A stretch of 63,195 nt of DNA, filler included, from Reticulomyxa filosa (GCA_000512085.1; 20 parts of 20 records of this genome joined end to end with filler, not necessarily neighbours in it); one strand, 5' to 3'. Counted from the first letter of the whole stretch, positions 37,930 to 53,100 are shown. Notes: generated by a model not told the origin, from the letters alone. A program made the numbers and translations.

Positions 37930-38705
37930 ATGCACAAGATAAGCCACTAATATCTCCGCAGCTGTCGAACCATTCGAGCAACGAAACAAGAGCGAACAAA
38001 GGGAAAGCGAGCGCGAAGGAAGCGACGGAGAAGAATGTCGGGACGACGCGCCCGACGAAGCGACAATCGAAAGAGCAGCGAGCGCCGCCGGTGCATTCGT
38101 TGACGAGCACAAGCAATGTGACGTACACCCCTCGCATATTGGAGTTGACGCAGCTGGGGTTTTCTCGAGCAGAGACACCCGCACATATCGTGGAGCGCAG
38201 CGATAACGATGACGAGAACATGTTGGTGATATCGCTGTCGGACAGCGTAGAAAAGGATGGCAATGAAAATAGCACGGACCAACTGAAGATTTTGTCGCAA
38301 TACTCGTCGTCCAAGCGTCCTGCACATTCGAGACATCACACGGTGGGAAAAGACCACGACATTGAAGACAGCTATCACTACGGATATCGAACCAATGACA
38401 GTCAGGCAAATAGCAATGGTACCAACACGCATATCCACAATCACGGCAGTCATCGTCGTCATCACAAACATAAGACCAAGTCCAAACACAACAGCGACAC
38501 CATTGAAAACAACAGCAATTCCATTTACTCAATGCTGCATTCCATGCAACGTGACCTGAGTGATCACACTCATTCCGTCGACTCCACACAGCCAAAACGA
38601 AAGAGCACTGGCAATTTAACCCTTGACAATAGTGGCACTTATGACTTAAGCGGTTTTTTTATCTTATATTTTGGTGTAATATTTTCCCAAGATAAATTTA
38701 AAATT

Positions 38706-38745
<40 letters not shown>

Positions 38746-38990
38746 GGGGGCGATGCAGATCGAAAAGAATTGAAAGAACGAATGAAATTGGCAACAGCGG
38801 TGGAGACGTGGAACCAATACATTGATCGAGACGAGTACATCAAGCAAAAGTATCCCACGCAATATCGCGATCGACACAAGGCGTGGTCGCAGTGGACGCA
38901 GCAACTGGACAAGGCGGAAAAGGACTCCCACATGTTATTGAGTGCATCGTTGTCCTTAGTCTGGTCCTTCATCGACTTTGCTCGCATGAG
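37930..38990 (+). CDS. Internal exons of an unknown Ser/His/Asn-rich protein
   Basis: Higher-GC open frames 38091..38651 and 38760..38990 separated by a poly-T/poly-A intron. Confidence 0.5.
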
Positions 38991-39160
38991 NNNNNNNNNN
39001 NNNNNNNNNNNNNNNNNNNNNNNNNNNNNNNNNNTTAATTAATTAANNNNNNNNNNNNNNNNNNNNNNNNNNNNNNNNNNNNNNNNNNNNTTTTTTTTTT
39101 TTTTTTTTGGAATAATGTATATGAGTCCATACCTTTGTGATTTATTTCAAAACAATTTAG

Positions 39161-40203
39161 TTTTTGGTGCATCCTGAACGCCGATTCATCAAATCAGGAT
39201 TATTGACAAAACAGTCGTTAAAAGGAGATCTGGTCGTGTACCAATTTTATCTGTTCAACGACTTGTTGGTGTATGCGTCCGAAAATCGTGGCGTGTTAAC
39301 AGTTCATCGTGTGTTGCAGCTGTCACTCTGTCGAATTGCAGATTTAAGGGATGGATTTGTTCGAAATATCAAAAATGCTTTTCGAATTGTGTCACCCCAA
39401 AAACCTATCATTTTGATCGCTGAAACGGCACAAGAAAAAAGAGAATGGTTCCAAGCCATTCAAAACTCAATTGAAGAACAAGCTGAAGCACGCAATCGCT
39501 GGGTCAATGGTATATATATTTTTATTTTTCTCTCTTTTCTCCTGGCCTCAAATTTTCACAAATATCTTGACATATTTAAACGTAATGTGCAACTATGATA
39601 CAGAAAATATCAACTCGTTACAAGATATGCATGCAACGGCACAAATATCACAATATATCGGAAGAACTGTTGGACCTAAGTTTAGAGATGTGACAATATA
39701 AGAGAGATAGAGAGGGGAAAAAAAATACCAAAACAATTGATTAAACAAAGAAAAATTGTATTTTTACTTTAACAAGGCGTCATGAATTAAAACGAGTTCA
39801 AGCAGGAGAACAAAATATCAATTCCAAAGATATCAATCCTGATGTTAAACTGGAAATTGCAGCTTTTCAAAGACAGCCACCATGCAAACTCTGCATTAAA
39901 CCTTTCAAGAGATTTGCACGCAAAGTTATTTTTTTAAAAAGATTTACATAAACACAAGACAGTTTTTTGTAAATAAATGCAATCTATTTTTGTTAGGTGA
40001 AATGTCCTTGGTGCCAACACATGGTATGCACTGAATGCATTGGACGTAAAGCAAAAATTCCAACTAACAAGAAACCATTGAAAGTTTGCGATGGTTGTTT
40101 TGGTGCCATCAACTACTATATAGCGGATATGAATCACACTGATGTTGAATTTTCAACCACCGACGCTAGTGTATTACCCGCGGTGGACAAGCAGTCCTCA
40201 TAA
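39161..40203 (+). CDS. PH domain + atypical FYVE-like finger, C terminus of an FGD-like protein
   Basis: RRFIKSGLLTK..FYLFNDLLVYA..AETAQEKREWFQAI (PH); spliced CKLCIKPFKRFARK|VKCPWCQHMVCTEC..KVCDGCF. Confidence 0.75.
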
Positions 40204-42029
40204 AGAGGAAAGAAAAATTAAAAAAAAGGAAAATATTTGTCAAAGTTTACCAATCGTTGTTTGTTTTGTAAATTGGGGTTTTCAGAGAATTTTTTGTTTT
40301 GTTTTGTTTTGGTACTTGTTTTCTCACTTGAATGTCGCTACTCCATGTGCCAGTTACGTTATATCGTGTGGTTGTAAATACGTACTTTTCATAGTAAAAG
40401 GGAAAAGTTGGCCATTGAAGACCTAACACTTTAGAAATATTCCTACTGCTATTCATTCAAAAATTTTCGTCTAACACTTCGCTTTTTTTTATACCACTTA
40501 AAAAAAAACAGTTTAAAAAATAAGTAAAATAAAGCCAATGTAGGACTCTTCAACAGTAAATGGATTGCATTTATGCTTTAAAAAAACGTGAAAAAAACGA
40601 AAATTAAAAAATTTTCCAGGCGAACCATTGGGTCGACTGGCCAAATTATTCAATTTTTGGTTTTTTTACATTTTTTTACTATAGTAATGAAAAAAGTAAG
40701 CNNNNNNNNNNNNNNNNNNNNNNNNNNNNNNNNNNNNNNNNNNNNTTAATTAATTAANNNNNNNNNNNNNNNNNNNNNNNNNNNNNNNNNNNNNNNNNNN
40801 NAGCTCTAATCTATTCCTAATGCTTATAAACGTTCTATCTTTTCCATTACGTAGTTTATATAAAAAACAGCAGTGCTAAGAAATTGGAAAATGCTAATTA
40901 GCATAATCAAGCAAATGACAAAAAACTTTTCAGTTACCCCTTTTTTGTTTGTTTTGTTAATTTTTTTTGTTCAATTATCTGTGAACATCTTGGTGTTTTT
41001 TTTGTTCAATTATTTATGAATGTCTTGGTGTTTTTTTTTGTGCTGCGCGGTAATGTTTGACCTTGTGGTTTTTTTGCACTCGTAAAAGCGCACAAATAGG
41101 TAAGTTTAAACAAAAATGAAACTTATAAACTTTAAAAAGACGAGAATATATAAGCCACGGCTGACTTTTTTGATGAAAATGTCTCCACGCGTTCTGATTT
41201 TTTAAAAATATACATATAAAAATATTATTTTTAAAAAACAAGTAACTGCATTTTTTGTTTGATTGTTATTATATAGTATAGATCGAAAACCAGGACACTA
41301 AAAAAAAGTGTTTATTATTAAATTGTACTGTGTTGGTGTTTTTTTGTCAAGTTTGGCTGAATTTTCCTGTGAAAAACAATTATTTAATTTTTCATTTTGC
41401 AAAAATAAATTTAAATTAAAAGTGTAGCATACAAAAAAAAATTAAAATATTCGTCTATCGTTTGTGCAGTTTATCAAACGGTCAAACGACGATCTTAATC
41501 TAATTTTTGGAGTATGGAACTGAAATGATTTGTTCTGTAACCATCAAATCTTCCAGAATTTTATGGATCAATAATTTTTTTCCTTGATCGAAATTTTTAC
41601 GTTCCATTAAAAAAAAAGTTTTTAAACTTTAACATATCCTAAGATAATTATCAACAAACTATTTTTCAGACAAGAAAATGAGTTTTTTTTGCGCTGCGTT
41701 GTGAAGTTTCAAGAGCTATAATGATATATCAGAAAAAGTATCAATAACAAAAAAAAATATAGACAAGACAATTATTGAAGCAATTTAGAAAATCAACAGC
41801 AAATAAATTTTCGAAATAACAATCGTGATGATTGAGTATGCCTTTTAAAAGAGCATTTATGATTGCCAGAAATTGCTATTCTACACANNNNNNNNNNNNN
41901 NNNNNNNNNNNNNNNNNNNNNNNNNNNNNNNTTAATTAATTAANNNNNNNNNNNNNNNNNNNNNNNNNNNNNNNNNNNNNNNNNNNNAATAATAATAATA
42001 ATAATAATAACAATAATAATAATAATAAT

Positions 42030-43003
42030 ACTGCCAATGCTAATGCCCATAATACCACAGCGACGACGCCAACGGGGAGGAAACCTCGACTTGGAATCGG
42101 ACACTTGGGTCAACACACGCCCACCGGTCGATCGTCCATTGGCAAGCTACCATCGGTGATGAGGATGCGCAGTGAAAGCGGTAGAAGCCATTCGAACTTG
42201 AATGCAAGTACTGCAAATGCAAATGCAAATGTAAATGCAAATGCAAATGCAAATGCAAATGCAAATGTAAATGTAAGTCTTGCTGTCCTTTCATCTGCCA
42301 ATGCCGGTACCAATATCATCAATGCCAATGCCAATGCCAATGCGACCAGGAAAAAGTGGCACTGCTTGTGCGCCATGGACGTGATCCAACAACCCAGCCA
42401 CGATGCACCCGTCGACGTCCAAGTGCTCAGCGTCGACTGGGCACCGCACTTGGCCAGACACTATCATTTGATCGCTGCAGGGTGCAGTGATGGCTTCGTC
42501 CGGATCATACAAGTTTCGAGAGCCAGGCAAATTGATGGATATTTCGGTTCAGTTTTTTTTTTTTTTTTTTTAAAAAATTATTTAAATTGTTATATGTATA
42601 TATAAACAAATGAATGAATGAATGAATGAATGAATGAATGAATGAATGAATGAATGAATGAATGAATGACAAAGAAAACAAGAAAACGGAAAATGAATTG
42701 AATTACAAAATCGTGTTTGCAAGTGGTGAACATCGATCACGCGTGTGTCGTGTGAAGTGGAATTTGACGGGAACAATACTGCTTTCGACGGGGGACGACG
42801 GGTGCATTCGATTATGGAAGCAAGCGAAATTAGATCCGTATTCCCACCAATGGCTGTCTGTCGTCGTCAACAAACCGGCAAATGACAACGCCGTGGCATC
42901 ATCATCATCATCATCATCATCGTCGTCGTCCTCCTCCTCCTCCTCGCAGTCGCAGGATGTGGCCGACAACTTTCTAGTCTTCAAGACTTTTCAAACAAAA
43001 TAA
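42030..43003 (+). CDS. SEH1: SEH1 nucleoporin/GATOR2 WD40 subunit, C-terminal exons
   Basis: VDWAPHLARHYHLIAAGCSDG and HRSRVCRVKWNLTGTILLSTGDDGCIRLWK match the last SEH1 blades. Confidence 0.8.
42610..42668 (+). repeat. (GAAT)n intronic microsatellite
   Basis: About 14 perfect copies. Confidence 0.95.
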
Positions 43004-43949
43004 AGACAAGGACAAGAACAAAGATAAGGATAATGACCAGCTTAACAGTTATGATCATTATGATGATAAGTACGACAGCAAGGATGATGTAGATGTCAAC
43101 ATGGATACAAATGCAAATGCAAATGCAAATGCAAATACAAATACAAATACAAATGCAAATGCAAGTGACAATTATGAGAAGGACAACGAAGAGGATCATT
43201 TCAATTTTCAAGACGATGATCGACAACACGAACCCAAAGAACAGTCACTTGCACTTTTTGGGTCCGATTCAAATGATAAATTCACGACGGACATGCTCTC
43301 GAAGGACTCCATGGAAAACAAAGACCAAATGGCCCAGAAAGAGGACAATATTTTTGCTGGTTTCGGAGATGACAAACTCAATGATAATTTTTTTTCCAAT
43401 AAAAATGTTGTTTTTGGAAGTGAAGAGAATGATCTTTCTTGGGACTGATTTTTTTTTTTTTTTTTTGCTTTATTTACCAACAACTGTTGCCCGACATTTT
43501 TACCAAAAAAAAAATTTTGCAAACCAACTCGAGAAGCAAGGGGAGGGAGAGGAGGGCAGCCATTGGTTTGTTCTTATTATTATTATTATTTTTTTTTTTT
43601 AATCCTTATTTTGTATTCTCTTTCTCTCTTCTCCTTCCTCGTGATGTTATTTTTCATAAAACAAGTTTTCTGTTATTTAAATTTTCGTATGCAATTTTTT
43701 AAAAAAAGTAGTCACGGTGTTTTCTTTTGGGCAACAAATTTGGATTTGGTTTATTATTTATCGATATCAATTGCTTTTTAATCCCTTTTTTCTTAAAAAA
43801 ACAGGCTTTGCAATGTATTTTTTTCATCAAAAGGCCTTTACTTTTAATAGAAAAATAAACAAGTTAAAAAAAAGAAAATTTTTTTACCTCACTTATTATT
43901 GACATTGACAAAATAACCCGATATTACAATTAAAAAAATTAAGGAAGTG

Positions 43950-44170
43950 CGATACAGATCGAACTTCAGACATGTTATTTTCTTTGAATTTATTGCAAAG
44001 ACAAGAAGAAAATGCTTATGTTATATTCATGGGATCAGACAATTTGATTATGGGATATATCTTCAGAAACAAATTCAACTATTAGAAGTATTAATTGCAT
44101 TCACATATCACCCGATGGTTTAAAACTAGTATCATGTTCAACAGATAAAACGATTTGATTATGGGGTAGT
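43950..44170 (+). pseudogene. Degenerate SPDG-type WD40 fragment
   Basis: IHISPDGLKLVSCSTDKTI*LWG. Confidence 0.5.
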
Positions 44171-44688
44171 GGTAATGGTGACATTGCTGATGTAACTGAA
44201 GCTGGTGTAGTGAATTGTATTCGGAAAGTAGGCATTCAAAGTGGTTTATCAATGAAAGATAGTATTTGGAAGAGCGCAAGAGGTTTAGAAGATGAACAAG
44301 AATTGCTTGTGAAACAGCGTGGTGGAATATTTTGATTTTTTTATAAAATTAGTTTTTAGGTATTCTTGTTAAACATTTTCTCAAAAATAAAATTTGTCAA
44401 CATTGTTAAACTACACATAAAAAAATTTAAACATCAGTTGGCACACGGTTACATTAAAAGTAAAATAAAGTATACGCTTAATTTTCAAACTATGTTTGCT
44501 ATCGAGACAATGAAAACAGTAATAATATTTTAGTAAAACAGTGAGGTAATAGGATATTGGAATATTTGTTTCACTAAAACATGCAAACTACAAAAGCAAT
44601 GAAAATTTAAAATGAATAAAATATTCTGTGCGAAAGTTAAAGTTAATAAGTTCATAAAATATTTTTATTGTTGAAAATGACAATATCA

Positions 44689-46050
44689 TCAAATATTAAT
44701 CGAACCCTTGTTTGAACCATAACACAGATTAATACCACAATCACTATAACTTTTTGCTTTCCTTTTTAATTGTAAAAATTTAAGACACATTATTCCACAA
44801 TCTCTTTCGCCATTTCCATTGATCACATACAATTCCCTCTTATTTGATCGAATATCCCAAAATCGAATTGTATTATCCCAGGATCCAGAACATATTACAT
44901 TTGAAATACCACTAATTTCAACATTATTTACTACAAATGGTGAATATTCAACAGCATATACATAATTGGTATGCCTTTTAAACACTTGAATTTGTTGACC
45001 AGATCGAATATCCCACAAACGAACACTTTTATCCCTTGATCCAGATAATATTGTATTTGCACTACCATTAATTCCTAATTCATTTGACCCATATTTTACA
45101 CTCCTTACATAAGCTTCATGCCCTTTAAATGCGATAAATTGTTTGGTTTTTTCGATATCCCATATACGAATAGTTTTATCATCTGATCCAGAACAAATGG
45201 TGTATCCACTTCCACCAATCAAACCAATGGTTTCATTGTTATTACTTTGCAGTGGTGAAATATCAACACACCAAATAATATCTTCATGTCCATTGAAAAC
45301 ACATAATGGTCTAGATGTTTTGACATCCCATAAGCGAATTGTTTTATCATATGATCCAGAACATAAATATCTACCACCTTTGAACGATGAAAATTCGATG
45401 CCACAAACACTACCGGTATGTCCATTGAATAATTGCAATTGTTGATTATTTTTGAAATCCCAAAAACGAATAGTTTTATCAAATGACGAAGAGCAAATGA
45501 CATTGCAATGATAATTATAATAATGATATAGCGAAAATTTTACGCAATACACAGTACAAGAATGTCCATTGAATAATTGAATTTGTTTATTGGCTTCAAC
45601 ATCCCATACACGAACTGTTTTATCATTTGATCCAGAACAAAGTAGTTGGTCGCTATCGAATGTGAAATAATCAATACTATAAACCCAACTATTATGTCCA
45701 GTGAAAGTTTTGAGTAGTTTAGGTGAGGAAAGAAATGTGTCAAGCATGAAGATAGTAGCTGCCTGTGTTGTATAGTAATTATGAAAACAACAAATACATA
45801 TTTAATCGAGTAAAGCAGAAAACAAATAAACTTAACATATTTAATAACAAATTTGTCAAAGTCATGAATCCATCCTAATTTAATGTCTAATGTTCGAATC
45901 CAATGTTGCATAATTTTTTGGATATCTTCTTCTGACTGACTCAATCACATACAATAAAAAACTAAAGTGACTAGTTCTTCCGAAAGAGCGAAAAAAGCTT
46001 ACCAGTGATAGCTGCGTTGACCCTTTTTTTTCATTTCTAAGAGTAATCAT
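44689..46050 (-). CDS. Expanded-family WD40 protein, 3 exons (46050-46003, 45935-45837, ~45762-44689)
   Basis: Repeated CSGSxDKTIRxWD blades; exon structure matches 54908..56297; ends INI* where paralogues end IWG*. Confidence 0.9.
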
Positions 46051-46777
46051 TCTTCAGCTTTTTTATTTTTTCTCTTGAGCTCTTAGATGATACAAGATGA
46101 AAAATGTTCGAACTTTTCATCCAAGATTTGTGAAGGGACTGTTAAAAAATTTGAGACATAAGTTGAACAACATATGGTCTCTTTCATGAGAAGAAACAAT
46201 TGTTCAACATTGAGTACAGTATGTATCTTACTGAGATTTTTTTATTTTAAAAAGAAGATAACAAGAGTAAGTTTATCAACTGCAATAAAATTTGACAACC
46301 AAAGGGATAATGATGACAGTGATTACAAGAACTTACCACGAACTGACAGCAAAAACAATTCTACAATGCAAAGGTTCCCAATAAAAAATATTCACCATAG
46401 AAAGGCATATTGTAAACTTTAGATCTTTCATCAAAGATCAATATTCGAAGAAAACATATCTTTATAAGAGGAGACAAATAAGAATAAAAAAAATTATCAT
46501 CACGTATCTGCCCCAGTCCAAATATTATATATTTTTAGTGCAACCTGAAGTTATTATTTTATCGTTTGTTATTTTGAGAGAAGATAGTATTCATAAGTTT
46601 TTATGCACAATTTCTTTAATCTTCGTTGAAACAAAGCGCATTTAACAAGCATGACTTTTTACAAAAGAGTAAATGATAAATTTATTGGTCTGAAGTAAAA
46701 GATATGATCAATTCATACCAAACAACATTCCAAATTTTAAAATGAATAAATTGGGAAAAAACTTCATTTATTGATGT

Positions 46778-47346
46778 TCATCCCCAAACATGAATTAGGC
46801 CTATGTTTGAACCGTAACATAAATTAACACAGCAATTTTCATTTGATATTTGTTCATTGCTCTTTGTCTTCTTTTTCAATGATAAAAATTTAAGACACTT
46901 TATTCCTCCATGTTCTTCATCATTTCCGTTGAGCACATACAATTGATTCTTATTTGATCGAATATCCCAAAATCGAATTGTATTATCATCTGATCCAGAA
47001 CATATTACATTTGAATTACTACCAATTTCAACATTATTTACTACAAATGGTGAATACTCAGCACAATTTACACTATCTGTATGTTCATTGAACACTTGGA
47101 TTTGTTGACCAGATCGAATATCCCATAAACGAACACTTTTATCATTTGATCCAGATAATATTGTATTTGCACCGCCATTAATTCCTAGTTCATTTGACCC
47201 ATATTTTACACACTTAATATGACATTTATGTCCTTTGAAAGCAATGCATTGTTTGGCTGTTTCAATATCCCATATCCGAATAGTCGTATCATTGGACCCA
47301 GAACAAATGGTATATCCATTTCCACCAATCACACCAATATTATTCA

Positions 47347-47382
<36 letters not shown>

Positions 47383-48700
47383 CATTTTTGTTATTGCTTT
47401 GCAATGGTGAAATATCAACACACCAAACAGTTCTTTTATGTCCCTTAAAAATATGTAATGCTTTTGATGTTTCAACATCCCATAAACGAATAGTGTAATC
47501 ATATGACCCAGAACACAAATATCGACCACCATTAAATGGTGAAAATTCAATGCCACAAACACCATATTGATGTCCACGGAATAATTGCAATTGTTGATTA
47601 TTTTTGAAATCCCAAAAACGGATGTCTTCATCTAATGATGAAGAACAAATGACATTATAATGATGACTTTGATAATGATATGGCGAAAATTTTACACAAT
47701 ACACTTCAGATAAATGTCCATCGAATAATCGAATTTGTTTGTTTTTATCAATATCCCATACACGGACTGTTTTATCATTTGATCCAGAGCAAATGAATTG
47801 GTGACCATTGAATCTTGAATAATCAATATTATAAATGCAGCTATTGTGTTTAGTGAGTGTATTAAGTGATTTGGATGATGAACGAAACAAATCAAAGCTG
47901 AATGTATACGATAGATTGGATTTGGATTGTAATATTTGATAATTGGAGTCATGTTCTTTTTTATCTTCGTTATGATTGTTTATTTCATGAGCTTGATTTC
48001 CTTTGAATTTAATTTCTTTTTTTAATTGCTCAATTTCAATGAAAAGATTATCCTGAGGAACGTCGTTTGTTTATCTGTTTGTATTATAAAAAATAAAAAA
48101 TAAGAAAAGAAGTATACCAGTTGTTGTTTTAAGATTAGATTGTTATTATCCATTTTTGAAATTTCTTCATTTTGATTTTTTTCATTTAGTTCTTTTTCTG
48201 ATTTTAAATGCTTAATTTCCTATTTTGTCATTTGATTGTTGTTATCACGTTATTTTGAATTACTTTCAAGAAATAGTGCATATGCTGACAAATGTTTTTT
48301 TTTTTTTTTTTTTTTTTACATTAATTTTCTCGATTTGTTTGCATTGTTCATCATTGTTGCTTTTTACAAGTCTTTCCAATCTGTTCGTGCAAGTATACAC
48401 ATATTTTGATATTATTTAAGTTTGATTCATTTTTTTTTTGACTTTAACTGTTGGATGCTGTTTTTCAATTCAGTTATTTGCGTATCTTTTTTCACAGATT
48501 CATGTTGTAAATTATCAATTTGTTTCTATTTGTTCAAATAGTAAGGAATTAATGCACAGAAAATATTTTAAATATAGAAACATATACATTAAGTTGTTGA
48601 ATTCGTTTGCTTTTTTCGTTATCATTTTCTTTTAGCTTTTCAATTTCTGTGTTATTTTTCAAATGCATTTCTTTTAATTGTTCCTTTTTTTTTTTTTATA
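46778..48700 (-). CDS. Expanded-family WD40 protein with coiled-coil N-terminal exons; 5'-truncated
   Basis: 370-aa WD40 ORF extends upstream in frame to ~48052 (DNLFIEIEQLKKEIK...); further K/E/Q-rich exon-like segments run to the contig end. Confidence 0.85.
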
Positions 48701-48806
48701 TATATANNNNNNNNNNNNNNNNNNNNNNNNNNNNNNNNNNNNNNNNNNNNTTAATTAATTAANNNNNNNNNNNNNNNNNNNNNNNNNNNNNNNNNNNNNN
48801 NNNNNN

Positions 48807-49055
48807 GGAGTCAGTATTGATATCTTTTCTTGCTAAATCATCCTTGTTCAATTGGATACACGTGTACGGTTGTTCAATGTCTGAGCAAACTTGCTGCACT
48901 GTGCACTGTTCTGATGTTGTGGGCTGATCATTTTGTTTTTCAATAACCTTGTTGCTCTCGTCGGTCAAAAGTGTACTCTCGGCTTGTTTTTTTTCATTGA
49001 TTTCAAGTACATTTGTGGTTACAGCTGATGATACAGGTATACCATTTTGTTCCAT
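48807..49055 (-). CDS. N terminus of an unknown protein, truncated
   Basis: ATG at 49055, open to the linker; divergent from the gene at 49589. Confidence 0.45.
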
Positions 49056-49588
49056 TTCATAAAATTCTTTAGGCTATTGAATTTTGGTTATTCATGCAGA
49101 AAGAGGTAAGTAAACAACAAAAAACAAGTTTTGCTGTTAACAACGGAAAAAACAACTCAAGAAACGAAAACATTTTGAAAAGGTAAATGTGACCTCAATC
49201 TGCAAAGCTTGTTTTTTTTGAAACGATTTTTTTTACTGTTTTGAGAAAAGAAAAAGAGGTGTCCAACTTGGAGGTTTTTGAACCACGCAAAAAAACAAAG
49301 GGTAGAAGCAAATTTGGTAAAAAGGTACAATCACAACACAGTCATTTTTAAAGAAATAAACTAATTTCATTAAACAAATTTATTCTTTAGTAAAAGCAAA
49401 ATGCAATGATAAATAGCCCGGTTGTTGCTTAGCTCGAAACTATTTCCAGAATTAATTTTATTCGACAAAGGGCTGAGTAATTTGATCGTGTAATTTATTA
49501 TTAAAAGTTTGTGCGACGCTTCTTTTGATTTACTCGATCGTGTTTCGATAAAACAGTACCCTTGACCAAACACTGAATCAATACTTTC

Positions 49589-50840
49589 ATGAACTTTTCA
49601 ACCAAGCGTACCATCTATCACATTAAACGGTGTTTCCGTATCTCTCATTATCATGTCCAAAGACCACTTGTTTTTGGACAAAGTAATATATTCGCTGCAC
49701 ATTGTAGTTATTCCACTCGAGCCAAGCTAAACAAAGAAAGGGAAACAACAGTGAAACTGGCTGTTTCAAAACCAGAAGAGCGAAGAACACAACAGTGGTA
49801 TAAATGGAACAACTGGTACATGAAAGTGCTAGTACTTTCGATATTGGGAGGCTGTTGTGCATTATTGGTATTTGTAAACAAGGAAACCGAATTATCAAAA
49901 GCCAATAAAAAATGGGCGAAAGGTTTGCATTTTGAGAACGAACAGCACGACCTCACACAAGCAAAGAACTACTATTTGCAAGCAATTGAGTGTACACATG
50001 CGACCTATCCAATCCATTTGCATGACTTTGGCATGTTCTTATGGCACAAATGCTCGAACAAAGTCGGTGTGTACATTATATATATAAACAAATATACAAA
50101 TATATGTACGTATGTATATTTGTATATATATAATGTACACACACATTGGGTTGAATGAATATAGAAGCAGAAAAGTATTTGAGAAAGGCAATCCTCTACC
50201 ATTCCACAAATGCGCAGTATCACCATGATTTAATGGACCTGATAGCAAGCGAGAGGGAAGCACGAAAGGAGGACTTGAAACAGCAAAAGGAGGCCACAAT
50301 CGAGGCACATTTGCGTGAGATGCAATATTTTCTGTCTCTTGCGGCCAAGTCGACGGAGCCAATGTCGCAGTTGACAGGGATAAAAAGCAAGGCCAAAGAG
50401 CGCGAAGAGGCCGAATTGGAGCGCTTGCGTAAAAAGAGGAATGGTCCATTGGCTTTTTTTTGGACACGTATTACAAAAAAAAATTAGAGACATTGAAACG
50501 CTGCAAGAGCTTCAGTACAAGCAAATGAATGTCAACAATTGCCAAGTTGCAAAGACACATGCTGAATATGCTCTTACTATTGCTCGTATGTAACACAAAC
50601 AAACAAATAACTCAAAATTATTTTTTTTTTTGAAAATTAAAAAAAAAAAAAAGAAGAAAATCCCGAGTTGAAGATGCGAATCTACGAAGAAGTGCAAGAG
50701 ATATTTTCCAACAGCAGCTATCCCAATGTGAGTGAAGAGTATTGGCAAAGGGCATTACGTGAATACCCGAATGAAATGCCAACGAAATATGGAATACATT
50801 TGTATGAAAAAGAGCGCTATAAAGATGCAATGAAAGTGTT
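49589..50840 (+). CDS. TPR-like protein with mitochondrial-like presequence and a single TM, multi-exon, 3'-truncated
   Basis: Basic N terminus, TM segment, AKNYYLQAI / AEKYLRKAI / EEYWQRAL helix-pair motifs. Confidence 0.6.
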
Positions 50841-50940
50841 NNNNNNNNNNNNNNNNNNNNNNNNNNNNNNNNNNNNNNNNNNNNTTAATTAATTAANNNN
50901 NNNNNNNNNNNNNNNNNNNNNNNNNNNNNNNNNNNNNNNN

Positions 50941-51918
<978 letters not shown>

Positions 51919-52109
51919 GTCTACCTCGTCATGAGTTGGGCAGAGCAGCCGACAAAACCCGCCCCCGTCCCGAAGGCCNNNNNNNNNNNNNNNNNNNNNN
52001 NNNNNNNNNNNNNNNNNNNNNNTTAATTAATTAANNNNNNNNNNNNNNNNNNNNNNNNNNNNNNNNNNNNNNNNNNNNATAATAATAATAATAATAATAA
52101 TAATATAAT

Positions 52110-53100
52110 CACTCCTGGTAATCTATTGTATGTAATGGATGCTCGACCAAAAATCAACGCGCAACTAAACAAGGCCAAAGGAGCAGGCTTTGAAAATGCA
52201 GCTTTTTATAAAAATATTCGCATTGAGTTTTTAAACATCCACAATATCCACGTGATGAAAAAGTCGCGCCAAGCGCTGGCAAAGATCATCCACACACCCA
52301 AACACAAGGACAAGGACTGGCTGGCGCAGCTGGGGAACACCGAGTGGCTTTCGCACGTGCGATCATTGCTGAAGGGCACTCTTCGCATTGTGAATGTCAT
52401 TCATCATCAACGCTGCAGCGTTCTTTGTCACTGCAGCGATGGCTGGGATCGCACGTCGCAGCTATGCTGTTTGGCGCAGCTATGTTTGGACCCTTATTTC
52501 CGCACGACAAAGGGATTCATTGTTCTGATCGAAAAGGACTGGCTTTCGTTTGGACATCAGTTTGACAAACGCATTGGACATCGCACCCATGATAATACCA
52601 GCGACAGCGAACGGTCACCGATCTTTGAACAGTTTATTGACTGCGTCTGGCAACTCACGCAACAGTTTCCTTCCCACTTTGAGTTTAGTCAACACTTTCT
52701 CATCACTTTACTCAACCACGTATATTCGTGTCGATTTGGCACTTTTCTCGGAGACAGCGCCAAACAACGAGACGACTTGAAACTCAGTAAGTTCACTTTG
52801 TCGCTCTGGACCTTTCTACAAAATTGTCACGCCAGTGAGTCTTTTGTCAATGTCTTTTACGACTCTCACGGCACTCGAAACGATATCCTCTTCCCAAAGT
52901 ATCATTCCAAAATCATACGCTTTTGGAATAATTATTATTTGATGCACTGTCCAGAGCACATCATGAATGCCAAGCCCGAGTTTCTCGACACCAATATTTA
53001 CGAACAAAAGTTCTTGCAATTGCAAAAAGAGTTGCAACGTATTAAAAGAAAATATCGAGCCAAATCTGATGCCCCTGTTGTTGAAGTGGACATTGATTGA
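52110..53100 (+). CDS. Myotubularin-family phosphoinositide 3-phosphatase, catalytic C-terminal part
   Basis: VMDARP, VLCHCSDGWDRT (active CX5R), LDPYFRT..GF..LIEKDW.SFGH.F, SPIFEQFIDCVWQL. Confidence 0.95.
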
